NCBI GenBank assembly: GCA_043228905.1
Contig: JBHGNT010000015.1
Location: forward strand, 8,184,001 to 8,248,000
Length of the DNA stretch: 64,000 bases
Reading direction: 5' to 3'
From: Azolla caroliniana
Lineage: Eukaryota; Plantae; Polypodiophyta
The translations under genes and the position numbers were made by a program. A model generated the notes under the pieces. The model searched no databases. It was given only the letters and a program-made list of their open reading frames with translations, and was not told the origin of the DNA. Positions 9,466-22,571 of the stretch are shown piece by piece (position 1 is the stretch's first letter; each line of letters starts with the position of its first letter).

Positions 9466-12400
9466 ATGGCCATTGTTAGCACTCAAGAATATCAATTTGT
9501 TTTCTCGGAGTTTCAATGCTTGAAAGAGAAGTTCCTTGCTTTGGAACAAGAAAATCAATGGTTGCTAGGGGATCTTTAGCAAATCTCCTTAGAAAAGCAA
9601 CAAACGCAACAATAGCATGGGGAACTTGCGTTACGCGTGCAACAACTCGAAGCAACCATCGTAGCAATGCAACAACAAGGACCCGAAACACAAGGGATTC
9701 ATAAAGAACCCAAGATTGGCCTTCCCACGAATTTCGATGGAACGCGATCACAGTTTAGAGGGTTCCTTAATCAAGTACGATTAGTTATTCAAATGCATCC
9801 TTCCCGATATCCCACCGATGCATCACGAGTGGGTTTAGTAGGCACGTTGTTAAGTGGCTCAGCGTTGGCATGGTTCGCTCCACTATTAGAAAAGGAATCT
9901 CCATTACTCAACAAATTTTGAAGAGTTTATAGGTGAGTTTAAGGCGTGTTTTGGAGATACTGACAGCATAAGGACCGCAATCAACAAAATCCGGCGATTA
10001 TGACAAGGTGACCGTCCAACCTCTGCATACGCTTCAGATTTCCGCCTACTTGCCGCCGATATCCCTTGGGATGATCAAGCGTTGATGGAGCAATTTCGTT
10101 ATGGTTTACGCAACAATGTTAAGGATTTACTCTTGACCTTCCCCGAAGAGCCAAAGTCCTTAACAAAACCAATCAGTCGCGTGGTGAGATGTGACAACCG
10201 CCTCTTTGAGCGACGTTCGGAACGACAGCTACAGATGCCAAGGGCAAGATCAGAGCCCACCTACGCATCAGTGGTAGCAAAACCTTTTCCGAGGGAGTCA
10301 TATAATGCGCCTCCAGTGAATACTCCGACTCCGATGGAGATTGACACTACACGTCGTCGAGGGCCATTATCCAAAGAAGAAAAGCAGTGACGTCTAGCAA
10401 ATCGACTATGTCTTTATTGCGGTGGACCAGGGCATATTGCAGTAAATTGTCCCCATAGGCCAAGGAGACAGGTAAACCAAATAGTTGCTAGTACTAACTG
10501 TACTAAACCCGAGTCTGTTTCAGTAGGGATATTTGATAGTCCTAATAGTACTAATAGCCCAAATCTAGCAAACAAATTTGATGTCCTTAGTCAATTAGAA
10601 GAAGAGTTAAACGACTAAGTCTAGCCAAAATAGGAGTCGTTTGGTTGGACAACACTAGATCTGTGCAGCCCATTAGTGGTTCCATTCCCTCTAAGCAAGT
10701 TAGCAATGTGTTCGTAGCCCAAGTAGCAGTTAGTACTAAAAGTACCCCTCCAGTACATGTCCAAGCACTTCTAGATTCCGGAGTTAATTCTTGCTTCATG
10801 GATAGGAAATTTGCCCAAGCTCATCAGATATCTCTCAGAAAACTACCGTGTCCTGCCTTTGTAGTAGTCATTGATGGTCGTCCCATTGCTTCCGGAAATA
10901 TCATAGAAGAGTTAGAGCCCGTTAACATTGTCCTAGATAATCTAGCATGTGTCGTATCATTTAATATAAATAGCATCCCAGAACACCTCATTGCCTTAGG
11001 ATTACCATGGTTCAAATTACATAACCCAAATATAGATTGGCGGACAAGAGAAATCCGACATCGAAAAGCCTGAGGGTCTACTCATGAGATTGCAACGATT
11101 TCACTACATCAGTTGCGTGAGGAAGGACGCAAGGAAGAAATGTTCCTCTTCGCAATATCAATAAAACCCTCCAGCACCACTAAAGAGGAATCCACAATTC
11201 AACTTCCAGAGAAGTATCGTCATTATGCTGATATGTTTGATAAAGTACAAGCCAATACACTTCCTCACCATCGACCATATGATTGCCCCATCGATTTACA
11301 ACTAGGAAAAGAGCCACCATGGGGACCGATCTACAACTTGTCACCAACCGAGCTAGAAGTCCTTCAAGCCTACATAGAGGAGAATTTGGCGAATGGGTTC
11401 ATTCGACATTCGAAATCTCCAACCAACGCACCCATTTTCTTTGTCGAGAAAAAGGATGGCTCACTTCGTCTCGTTGTAGATTATCGTGGCTTGAATAAGG
11501 TTACAATCCGAAATAGGTATGCACTTCCCCTTATCTCAAGTCTTTTAGAACAGATCAATGGTGCCAAGTTCTTCACAAAGATCGACTTACGAGGAGCCTA
11601 TAACCTCGTACGGATCTGACCAGGAGATGAATGGAAGACCGCGTTCCGCACCAGATATGGGCACTTCGAGTATACGGTCATGCCGTTCGGCCTCACTAAT
11701 GTGCCAGCAGTCTTCCAGCACATGGCAAATGATATTTTCCGAGATCTCTTGGATGTGTGTCTAATCATTTATTTGGATGATCTACTGGTTTACTCAAAGA
11801 CCCAAGAAGAGCATGATTCTCATGTACTGTTAGTACTAAAATGACTTCGAGAACATGGTCTTTATGCAAAGCTGGAAAAATGTAGTTTCGGGTGCAACCA
11901 GGTGGAATTTCTCGGCTATGTCATTTCCTCAAAAGGCATCTCCATGGACCCAGCTAAGGTCAAAACAGTGGTAGAATGGCAAACTCCGCATTCGGTGCAT
12001 GATGTGCAATGCTTTCTAGGCTTTGCAAATTTTTACCGGAAGTTTATAAAAGATTACTCAAAGCTCATTTTGCCTCTTAAACAACTTACTAGGAAGGGAC
12101 AATCGTTCGTTTGGTCTGAAGAAGCGGACATGGATTTTGAGAATCTTAAAAAGGCATTTACATTGGCTCTGATTCTAGCTCACGTTGATCCAAAAAAACC
12201 ATTCATCATCGAAGCGGACGCATCGGATTTTGCATTGGGGAGCATTCTATCACAACGAGGTAATGATGAAAAGCTACATCCTATGGCTTTTCACTCATGC
12301 AAGTTTGACGCCGCCGAAATCAACTACGAAATTCATAATAAAGAGCTATTGGTTATAGTGGACTCTTTTATGCAATGGAGGCATTTTCGAGAGGGATCTT

Positions 12401-14180
12401 CTCATCAAGTCACTGTATTCAGTGACCACAAAAACCTCGCCTATTTTCAAGACGCTCGTGTATTAAATCGACGTCAAGCTCGGTGGGCCCATTTTCTCAT
12501 GCGTTTCGACTTCAAGATTACATATCGACCTGGGAAGCACCAAGGGGAAGCAGATGCATTATCTAGCACTGCGTCCCGACGAGCCAACTTTCGATAACCA
12601 AAAGCAAGTAATCTTGGGACCGGCACGACTGCAAGCAACACAGGTCTTTGGCATGCCCATGGATTCCCACGTTATCAATAACATACGTGCGGACCTGAAG
12701 ACAAATGCTTTCGCCCAAGCTATACTAGCACAAATTGATCCCTCTCGAGCGTTGTGTTCACAGTCGCAACCATTAGGTACGGACTATCGGCATTCAAATA
12801 CCATGATGGATTACTCTTCTTTAAAGAACTTTTGTATGTTCCTAATGGTTCTTGCCGTCTTCGAGTAGTACAAAACTGTCATGACACATATACAACTGGG
12901 CATTTTGGTAGTACTAAATAATTAGATTTAGTACAACAATCATTCTGGTGGCCCCATATGTGACAATTTGTCGAAGATTTTGTTCGGACTTGTGATACAT
13001 GCTGCAGAGCGAAAATGCCAAGGCATCATCCATATGGTTTATTAGAACCATTACCAATTCCAAGCAAGCCGTGGCAATCCATTGCTCTAGAGTTCATCAC
13101 AAATCTTCCAGTCTCTAAGGGGTTCAATGCGATTCTAACAGTGGTAGATCGATATACGAAGATGGCTCATTTCTTGCCATGTACTAAGGAAATCTCCAGT
13201 GAAGACACTGCCGAAATTGTCATGCATGAAGTATGTCGGCATCATGGACTTCCCGATAGTATCATCAACGACCGTGGACCCCAGTTCGTGTCAAAATTCT
13301 GGAAGTACCTTTTTAAAATGTTCAAGGTCACTTGTAACCTCTCCTCTGGCTACCACCCACAAACCGACGGCCAAGCCAAACGAACAAATCAAACGTTGGA
13401 GCAGTATCTGCGGTGCTTTCTCAACTATCATCGGGATGATTGGGCAGATATTATCCACTTCGCCGAATTTTCCTATAATAACTCTATCCACGCATCGACT
13501 AAAGTTACGCCATTTTATGCTTATACGGGATGTCACCCCCGGTGGTGTGTACTTGAAACCCCAGAGGTGTCCACAAATCCTTGCGCGGAGGATCGTTTGG
13601 AGCGGTTACGCAAGATACAAGCAGATTTATCTACTCATCTCCAGCAAGCTCAACAAACACACAAGGTCTACGCGGATTGTCATCGACTTCCATCCAATTT
13701 TAACATTGGAGATCGAGTGTGGCTACTACGACGACACATCAAGACTACTCGCCCATGTGAGAAGTTGGATTATCGGCAATTAGGTCCTTTCCGTATTATT
13801 GGAAAGATTAATGATGTCGCTTTTCGTCTTGATCTACCTCTGCAACTTCAGATACATCCGGTGTTTCATAGTTCTCTCCTCGAACCCTATCATGAGAGCA
13901 TCATCCCAGGACGTATTATACAACCTCCACCCCCGATCGAGCTTGAAGATGGACCGGAGTACGAGGTTGCCGCCATCCTTGATTCCAAGATTGTTCGCAA
14001 CAAGCTCTAGTATCTAGTCCATTGGCTAGGATATAGTCCCAGCGAACATACTTGGGAACCGATCGAGAATTTGACCAATGCTCATGCTCTTCTTGAAGAT
14101 TTCCAACGTCAATATCCACACAAACCGGGTCCTCAATCCAAAACGACTTGTGACACTCGTCGTTTTAAAGGGGGGATAGT
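9466..14180 (+). pseudogene. chromovirus gag / PR-RT-RH-IN-chromodomain, with multiple stops and frameshifts
   Basis: [71 protein letters not shown]. Confidence 0.93.
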
Positions 14181-15140
14181 GTGTCATGATATGGCAAGAC
14201 TCGACACAAACGAGGTCCTCAATCCAAAACGACTCGTGACCCTCGTCGTTTTAAAGGGGGGACAATGTCATGATATGGCAAGACTCGAACCCATAACCTT
14301 ATGCTACGTGGGTCGAGCTTTTACCATTAGACTATGTATTGTAATATGAAAGATATTATTTTCATTTAAGTTTTATTATAGGAAATTGATGTATATTCTA
14401 GAGTTCTCTGGAACATTCTAGAAACTTCAAGAGTACTCTTGACAACACTATAAAGGGAGGCACAAGGCATTATTTCGAACCAAATCGGTTCAACACCAGT
14501 CTTTAGCCTCATAGCCCTTTGTACTTACTTTTCCTATAATATATAATCTGTTATCATCATCTCTCTCTCTCTCTCCTCTTCTCTCTTCCTCTCTCGGGAG
14601 TCTTACACAATCCCATCCTCTTAGTACTAATAGTACTACCCTTCTCTAGTACCAATTCTCTCTCTGTTTTAGTACTATTCTTGACAAGCGTTCGATAATC
14701 AAAATCAAATAATCTTAGGACCAACACGATTGCACAAAATGCAAATTTTTCACACCCCAATGGATTCCCAGATTACCGACACCATACGTACGAACTTGAA
14801 GACGGACAATTTTGCTCAAGACATTCTGGCGCACATTGATACCTCTCGAGCATCCTGTTCCCAGTCTCAAGAACCAGGTATGGACTACCGACAATTCGAA
14901 TATCATGATGGTTTGTTATTCTTTAAAAAGCTTGTATATGTCCCCGATTGCTCCTATCGCCTTCAAATCGTCCAAAGTTGTCACAACACCCATATGGCGG
15001 GACATTTCGGTAGCACTAAGAAGTTGGATCTAATTCAACGATCCTTTTGGTGGCCCCATATGCGACGTTTTGTCGATGATTACGTTCGGACCTGTGATGC
15101 TTGTTGCCAAGCAAAGATGCCATGACATCATCCATATGGC

Positions 15141-16289
15141 TTGTTGGAACCCTTACCGATTCCAAGTAAGCCGTGGAAATCTATTTGTCTTGACTTTATC
15201 ACAGATTTTCCGGTCTCGAAGGGGTACGATGCTATCTTAATTGTCATCGATCGATATACGAAGATGGCACATTTTGTGCCGTGTACTAAGGCCATCACTA
15301 GCGAGGAAACCGCTGCCCTTGTCATGCGTGAGGTATTTCGGCATCATGGCCTCCTAGACAGTATCATCAGTGACCGAGGACCGCAATTTGTCTCCAAATT
15401 TTGGCAGCATCTCTTCAAGATGCTCAAGGTCTCTTGCAACCTCTCCTTCGGCTACCATCCTCAGACCGATGGGCAGGCGGAACAAACAAACCAAACGCTG
15501 GAGCAATATCTCCGGTGTTTCCTAAGTTATCAACAGGACGATTGGGCCGAGATTCTCCACTTTGCAGAGTTTGCGTATAATAATGTTGTTCACTCCTTGA
15601 CTCGAGTCTCCCCATTCTACGCTTATACCGGTTCTCATCCTCGTTGGTCGGTGATCGACACCCCGGAGCTACCTACCAATCCTCATGCCGAGGATCATTT
15701 GGAGAGACTACGCAAGATCCAGATGGATCTCTTTACTCATCTTCGTCATGCTCAACAGACACAGAAGACTTACGCAAATCATCATCGGCTTCCCTTCTCT
15801 TTTGCCATCGGAGATCGAGTATGGCTTTTACGTCGTCACATCAAGACTACTCGACCGTGCGACAAGTTGGATTATCGACGACTCGGTCCTTTCCATATTA
15901 CTGGTAAGGTTAATGATGTCACGTTCCGCCGTGATCTTCCTCCGCATCTTTGGATACATCCGGACTTCGATAGTTCTCTTCTTGAACCTTATAAAGCAAA
16001 CACTATTCCCGATCGTGTTACACCACCGCCACCCCCGCTTGAGTTAGACGACGGCCCGGAGTATGAAGTTGTTGCCATCCTCGACTCCAAATTTGTTCGC
16101 AAAAAACTTTATTATTTGGTCGATTGGCTCGGCTATAGTCTGAGCGAACGTACTTGGGAGCCCGTCGAGCATGTTGCCAATGCTCAAGATCTTCTTGCTG
16201 ATTTTCACCGACAGTATCCCGACAAACCCGGTCCTCAATCAGCCTCGACTTGTTCCACTCATCATTGTAAGGGGGGGATAATGTCATGA
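15141..16289 (+). pseudogene. integrase core plus C-terminal chromodomain of the outer chromovirus
   Basis: CLDFIT, SDRGPQF, HPQTDGQAE, GPF, EYEVVAILDS..YYLVDWLGY..TWEP. Confidence 0.92.
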
Positions 16290-16915
16290 TATGGCAAGAC
16301 TCGATCCCATGACCTTATGGTATATGGGTCGAGCTCTTAACCATCACACCATCTATTGTAATTTGTAGGATATTATTTTCATTTATGCTCTATTATAAGA
16401 AATTAATGTATATTCCAGATTTCTCTAGAACATTCTATAAGCTTTAGGACTACTCCTGACAGCACTATAAAAGGAGGCACAAGGCATTGTTTTGAACCAA
16501 ATTGGTTCAACGCCAGTCTTAAGCCTCATAGCCCTTTTGTACTTACTCTTCACATAATATATCCTTTGTTATCATCATCTCTCTCTCTCGTCCTCGCTAT
16601 CTCTCTCTCTTCTCTTCTCTCTTCCTCTCTCGGGAGTCTTACACAGTCCCGTCCTCTTAGTACTAATAGTACTTCCCTTTTTCCAATACTAATTCTCTCT
16701 CTGTTTTAGTACTATTCCTGACAAATATAGCCTTTACAACACATCTGAAACATATTTGCAGATATGTCCCTGGATCCGGTTCACACCGGATCCATCCGGA
16801 TACCTTCCAGTCCAGTCTGGTTGTTGCATCCGGTCTAGTTCCTTCCTTCGGATCATCCGATATGGCTCCTCCGGTTCTCATCCGGATCCCATCCGGAGGG
16901 ACTGAATTCCCAACA

Positions 16916-17341
16916 ATACCCCCAATCAATCGTCTCCCCTTCGTATGTGGCTATAATGAAGCCTTCTCGTTGCTTGGGCATGCAATAGAACTACAGACTT
17001 ACAAATGCGACCTCCCGTAGAAATTTTGCGACTTCTTGGAACAACTCGTTATCGCCGCCTTGGGACTTGTATGCTTTTGCTGATGGCAAATATTTGTCAA
17101 AATAGGACCGTAATACATCGACTTCGAGAGGATCCATACCATCAAAGCCTTCCTATTTGAAATTCCGAAATCGGCGTACCTGTTTATTGGTTATCTTGTC
17201 AATGTTGATCTCCTTAATGATGTCGGTTGCCTGAGCATGTGGCTCAGCATTAGCCACTTTGAGATATCCCTGCAAATTTTTCGAGTGCAACCACTGTCGC
17301 AAGCGCTCAAACATTGTAATTGGCATTAAGTTTGTTGTTTC
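16916..17341 (-). pseudogene. relic of a retrotransposon accessory ORF homologous to 55895-58689, continuing at 22296-~22570
   Basis: WLHSKNLQGYLKVANAEPHAQATDIIKEI...YKSQGGDNELF...MPKQREGFIIATYEGETIDWG aligns with WLRQHGLEGFLMIMEAAPHKEAKKIIKEI...YRTQGGEDMLF...MPQNRVGLIIATYEGVKVDWP. Confidence 0.8.
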
Positions 17342-20300
17342 TGTTGGGAAACATGTCCCTCTGGATGGTAAGAAGAGAATGAATCGAATTGAGGACACAA
17401 GGGAAATTCAGCCGAGGCCGAGATCGAAATCGATTTAATAACAAATTCAGAAGACTATATTTGTAAATAGTCCAAATGTGCCATTGTGGGCTATGTATGT
17501 AAATAGCCAGAAAGTTGTATATGTATAAATACAACTAGGAACAAACTTATTCGCATATGTGAATCATTCTAGTTGTAATAAGTTACAGTGAGTAGTTGCC
17601 TCTGTAATTGGGAGAGGAAGAGAGAGTTAGAGTGTAGGAGTTAGTAACTCCACAGTCGTCTGTCCGACGAAGAAGAACTCGAGGTCGTTGCATTCGAGAT
17701 TCTTATTGTACTACTTCTCAATCATAGTGATTCTGTTTCTCGAGGTTTTTGGACCCCCGTGGTTTTTCCCTTTCGGGTTTTCCACGTAAAACATCTTGTG
17801 TCTTTGTATTTATCTTTCTGCTTTCTCGTTTATCTGTCTATGTACTGCTTATACCGATTCTTTGCACCCGAACATTCGAAGTAGAACTGGTTGTGGCCAG
17901 TCACGATCCTTAAAAAGTGGTATTAGAGGGATGGAAGACTCGTTCAACAGCATGTTCAAGTTAACCGGTTCCAACTATTCAGTGTTGAAGTCGAAGATGC
18001 GGGACATGCTCGTGTGCAAAGACCTCTAGGTGTCGGTGCAATTCGGAGATAAAAGGCCAGACAAGATCGATGCATCGACTTGGGAAGTCATGGATCTGAA
18101 GGCGGCATCATATATAAGGTGTTTTATAGACATGAGTCTATACAACAACTTTGATGAAGAGACGAGTGCCAACATCCTCTGTAAGAAGATTGGCGTAATG
18201 TTTGAAAACAAGAACGTCGTGAATAGAGTCACCATTTTCAGGAAAATCGTGAGACTCCGGTATCAAGATGGCTCCAACATGGCGGAACACATTAAAGCTT
18301 TCCAAGGACTGATAAATCAAACCACCTCTCTAGAAGTACCTCTTGCCGATGAGGTATTAGCATTGTTGTTGGTGGGATCCCTTCCGGATAGTTGGGAAAC
18401 ACTGGTTGTCACATTGGGCAACGCAAGACCGCAAGGGAAACACTTGTCCCTAGAGCAGGTGAAGTCGAGCTTATTGAATGAAGAAGCTTGCTGGAAGGAC
18501 CGAGAGTCCAATACCGACCCGAAGGCCTTTTTCATGGAAAGTGACACGAATCGAGGAAGAGGCCGAAATCAAAGTCCCCAGAATTGAGATAAGTCGGGGA
18601 CAAGGTCGAAGTCGAGGGGAAGGCCCACGTGCTTCTATTGTGGCAAGATGGGTGGGGCACTTCCAAAGACAACTAATGACATTTTTGAAAGGAAAAAGGG
18701 GGAGCCAACAGTGCGCAACCGAAGAATATTTTAGATAGCAAGAACACCTTGACAATCGCGACAAGTGAACGGGAGTTGTTTCTCACTAGTGAGCAAAATG
18801 AAGTAAACCTTGACATGGGTGGTCGATTCAGGTGCATCATTCCACCTAACCCCCAACCGGAAATGCTTCTCATCTTACATAGTTGGAGATCTCGGATCTA
18901 TAATGATGGGAGATGAAGGATCATGTAGAATTGTTGGCATAGGAGATGTGTGTTTGGTAACATCAACTGGGTGGAGACTTGTGTTGAGAGATGTACGACA
19001 CATTCTGGAAGTTTGATTGAACTTGATATAAACCGGTTGGTTGGATGACAAAGGCTACATGGGTAGCATCCAGAACGACGTCATGAAGTTCTACAAAGGG
19101 AGACTGATTGTGGCTCGAGCCTGGAAGACAAACACATTGTACTTGATGCATGCTCGATTATGCCGAGGTAAACGTGGCAGCCGACACAACCGATGAGTTG
19201 TGGCATAAGAGGTTGTGCCACATGAGCCAAAAGGGAATGCATATGTTACCTAAGAAAGACCTCCTACCGGAGATGAAGAAAGTACATCTAGAAAAGTGTG
19301 TTGATTGCCTGGACGGCAAACAGAATAGAGCCGCATTCTGACTGAGGCCTTTGATTCGGAGGAAAACCGCCGTGGAACTCGTACACATCGATGTATGTTA
19401 TGTAGATGCAAAGTCTCATTCCGGTGGAGAATACTTTGTTACCTTCATTGATTATCACAGTCGTAAGTTGTGGGCTTATGTGTTGAAGACGAAGAATCAA
19501 GTAATACGTATCTTCAAGGAGTTCCAAGCAAGAGTTGAGAGAGAAGCCAACTGAAAATTGAAGGTGGTCTGATCGGACAACGAGGGTGAATACTGAGGGA
19601 AATTCGAAGAGTACTGCTGAACTCAAGGTATTCAGCTAGAATACACAGTGCCGAAAACGCCGGAACTAATGGGATGACCCAACGAATGAATTGGACTATC
19701 ATGGAGAGAGTTTGATGTATGTTGGCACACGTGAAATTGCCGAAGATATACTGAGCCGAGGTGCTGATGACAACCATTTATGTGATAAACAAGCCTCCCT
19801 CAGTCCCACTAGAAGGTGACATACCACAAAGGGTATGGTCTAACAAAGAGGTGTCATATATGCATCTAAGAGTATTCGGTTGCCTGGCCTATGTGCATAT
19901 AGCTAAGGACCAGAGGGGGAAATTCGATCACAAGAGCCGATTGTGCCTATTTCTCGGCTACGGCAATGAAGAATTCGGCTATAGGCTATGGGACTTAACC
20001 GAGAAGAAGGTGATTAGGAGCCGAGACATCATCTTCAAGGAAGAGAAGACGATTGTCGATTGAGAGATTGAGAACAAGTCTCCAACTAACGAATCGAGCC
20101 GAGTCGACGCTCGGCCGAATCGAGTAGAAGTCGATTCGATCGAAATCGAATCCAAACTAGTCGGCCGATTTAATACTCGGGCAAAATCGAGAACCAACTG
20201 AAGAACAAGGAGAACCGGCTAAACAAGGAACCAAATTTGACTCAACCGAAGAAATCGAAGAAGAACTGACTGTGCCGAATGGAGGCCGAAGATACCCCCT

Positions 20301-22295
20301 AAGAGAAAGAAGCTCCCCCCCCCCCAGATTTCCGGATGAATAGCGTGTATTCCTAACCAATGAGGGGGAGCCGGAAAGCTTTGAAGAAGCTAAACAAGAT
20401 ACCCAAAGCCAAAAGTGGTTTAGTGCCATGCAAGAGGAGATGGATTCCTTGCATGAGAACCACACATACGAACTGACCGAGTTATTGAAAGGGAAGAAGG
20501 CACTACAGAATAAGTGGGTATACAAACTAAAGCCATAGTTTCCCTGATTGTAAAGATGATGTCAACCCGAATAGTGTTGAGCATCGCGGTCAACATGGAT
20601 CTCAAAGTCGAGCAAATGGATGTCAAGACTGTCTTCCTCCATGGAGATTTGGAGGAAGAGATATACATGCTCCAGCTGGAAGGATTCGTGGAGAAAGGTA
20701 AAGAGAACTTGGTATGCGAATTGAGAAAGAGCATGTATGGGTTGAAGCAGGCCCCTCGGCAATGGTACCGAAAATTTGAATCCTTCATGACCGACAATGG
20801 GTACCACAAACGTAGGCCGATCATTGTGTGTTTGTGAAGAAGTTCGACGAAGGAGATTTCCTCATACTCCTGCTATATGTGGACGACATGATGATGACAA
20901 AGCAAATCCTGGGGATGCACATTGTTCGAGTGTGAACAAAGAAATTATTATGGTTGTCACATGAGCAATATGTGAGAAAAGTGCTCCAGAGATTCAACAT
21001 GGAAAGCAGGAAACTGGTCGGCTTGACATTGGCGACGAACTACAAGCTGAGCAAAGATCAATGTCCAAAATCGAAAACCGAGAAGGCCAAGATGTGCCTC
21101 GGCGGTTGGAGTGGTTAGCCAATATATGAGCAATCCCAGAAGAGAGCATTGGGCTGATGTGAAGTGGATACTTCGGTTCCTGAGAGGCACCTCGAATGTG
21201 TGTCTTTGATTTGGCTCAGGTAATCTCACATTGGAAGGTTGCACGGACTTGGCCATGTCGGCTGATGTGGATACCAAGTGATCCATGTTTGGATACGTGA
21301 TGACTTATGCAGGGGGAGATGTCTCGTGGCAATCAAGGTTGTAGAACGTCGTGGCGCTGTCGACCACGGAAGCCGAGTACATGGCCGTAGCGGAAGCCAG
21401 TAAGGAAGTAATTTGGATGAAGGAATTTATCAGAGAGTTGGGAATTCAACAAGAGGAATTCCGACTCCATTACGATAACCGGAGTGCCATCCACCTCACG
21501 AAAAATGCCGCCTACCACTCAAGGACTAAGCACATCTAGAGGAGATATCATTGGCTCCGAGAGCGAGTAGAAGAAAAGAAGTTGTCATGACAGGAGTTTG
21601 CTTTGATGAAGATCCACATGGCCGAAAATGGATCGGACATGCTGATAAAAGTGCTATCACAAAGAGGCTGAACTAGTGCCGATAGAGAGTTAGAGTGAAG
21701 GGGGAGTTTTTTTGGGAAACATGTCCCTCCAGATGGGAAGAAGAGAATGAACCGAAATGAGGAAACAAGGGAAATTCGGTCGAGGCCGAGATCGATATCA
21801 AGAACCGAAATCGATTTAATAGCCGATTTGGAAGACTATATTTGTAAATAGTCCAAATGTGCCCTTGTGGGCTATGTATGTAAATAGCCAGAAAGTTGTA
21901 TTATGTATAAATACAACTAGGGAAAACTTATTAGCATATGTGAATCATTATAATTGTAGTAAGTTACAATGAGTAGTTGTCTCTGTAACTGGGAGAGGAA
22001 GAGAGAGTGAGAGTGTAAGAGTTAGTAACTCCAGAGCCGTCTGTTCGACGAAGAAGAACTCGAGGTTGTTGACATCGAGATTCTTATTGTACTACTTCTC
22101 TATCATAGTGATTCTGTTTCTCGGGGTTTGTGGACCCCTGTGGTTTTTCCCTTTCAGGTTTTCCACGTAAAACAACTTGTGTCTCTGTATTTACCTTTCT
22201 GCTTTCTGGTTTATCTGTCTGTGTACTGTCTATACTGATTCTTTGCACCTGAACATTTGAAGTAGAAACAGTTGTGATCGGTCATGATCCTAACA
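17342..22295 (+). mobile_element. Tork-like Ty1/copia element, both LTRs present, coding region degenerate
   Basis: LTRs 17342-17914 and 21710-22295, TSD GTTTC, PBS TGGTATTAGAG 17918-17928, PPT GAAGGGGGAG. Motifs WVVDSGAS, QMDVKT, LSTTEAEY. Confidence 0.94.
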
Positions 22296-22571
22296 GTTTC
22301 TTCTTCGAAAGTAAGGTTGTTGCTCTCGGTGTGTGTCGGAGAAGGCTTAAGAGCCTGTGTAGAATGTTGTTTCTTGCTATGAGGAAAGAAAGCTTGAGCA
22401 TTGTGGAAGAGATTTGGTCATACTTTGGTCGCCTATAAACGTCTTGTTTTTCTAAGATACAAAATGAAGTTGAAGGAGTTTTTGTGAAAAGATGGGTCAT
22501 TTTTCGAGATGTCACAAATAGAATATGCTATTAATGGCTCTTGAATGAGATAGAATCGTCACAATTTAAAC

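Larger units (their letters stand above)
8987..14686 (+). mobile_element. full-length chromovirus (Tcn1/Tf1-type) nested in the outer chromovirus
   Basis: LTRs 8987-9403 and 14266-14686, TSD AGCAT/AGCGT. The host reading PRPGDPA|FDNQ rejoins on removal. Confidence 0.95.
5013..16723 (+). mobile_element. Ty3/gypsy chromovirus (Tcn1/Tf1-type), outer element, internally rearranged
   Basis: TGTCATGA...CCTGACA termini with TSD AATAT (5008-5012, 16724-16728). 3' LTR 16282-16723 follows PPT AAGGGGGGGA. RNase H 8339-8986, integrase and chromodomain 14692-16280. Confidence 0.92.
4287..16915 (-). mobile_element. older Tork-like copia relic: gag fragment 4287-4685, 5' LTR split into ~4686-5012 and 16729-16915 by a chromovirus insertion
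   Basis: gag LLLLGSLPDSLETLVVT. The LTR ...CTATTTACAAATAT|AGCC... rejoins across TSD AATAT and matches the copia-1 LTR. It ends CCCAACA at 16915. Confidence 0.85.
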
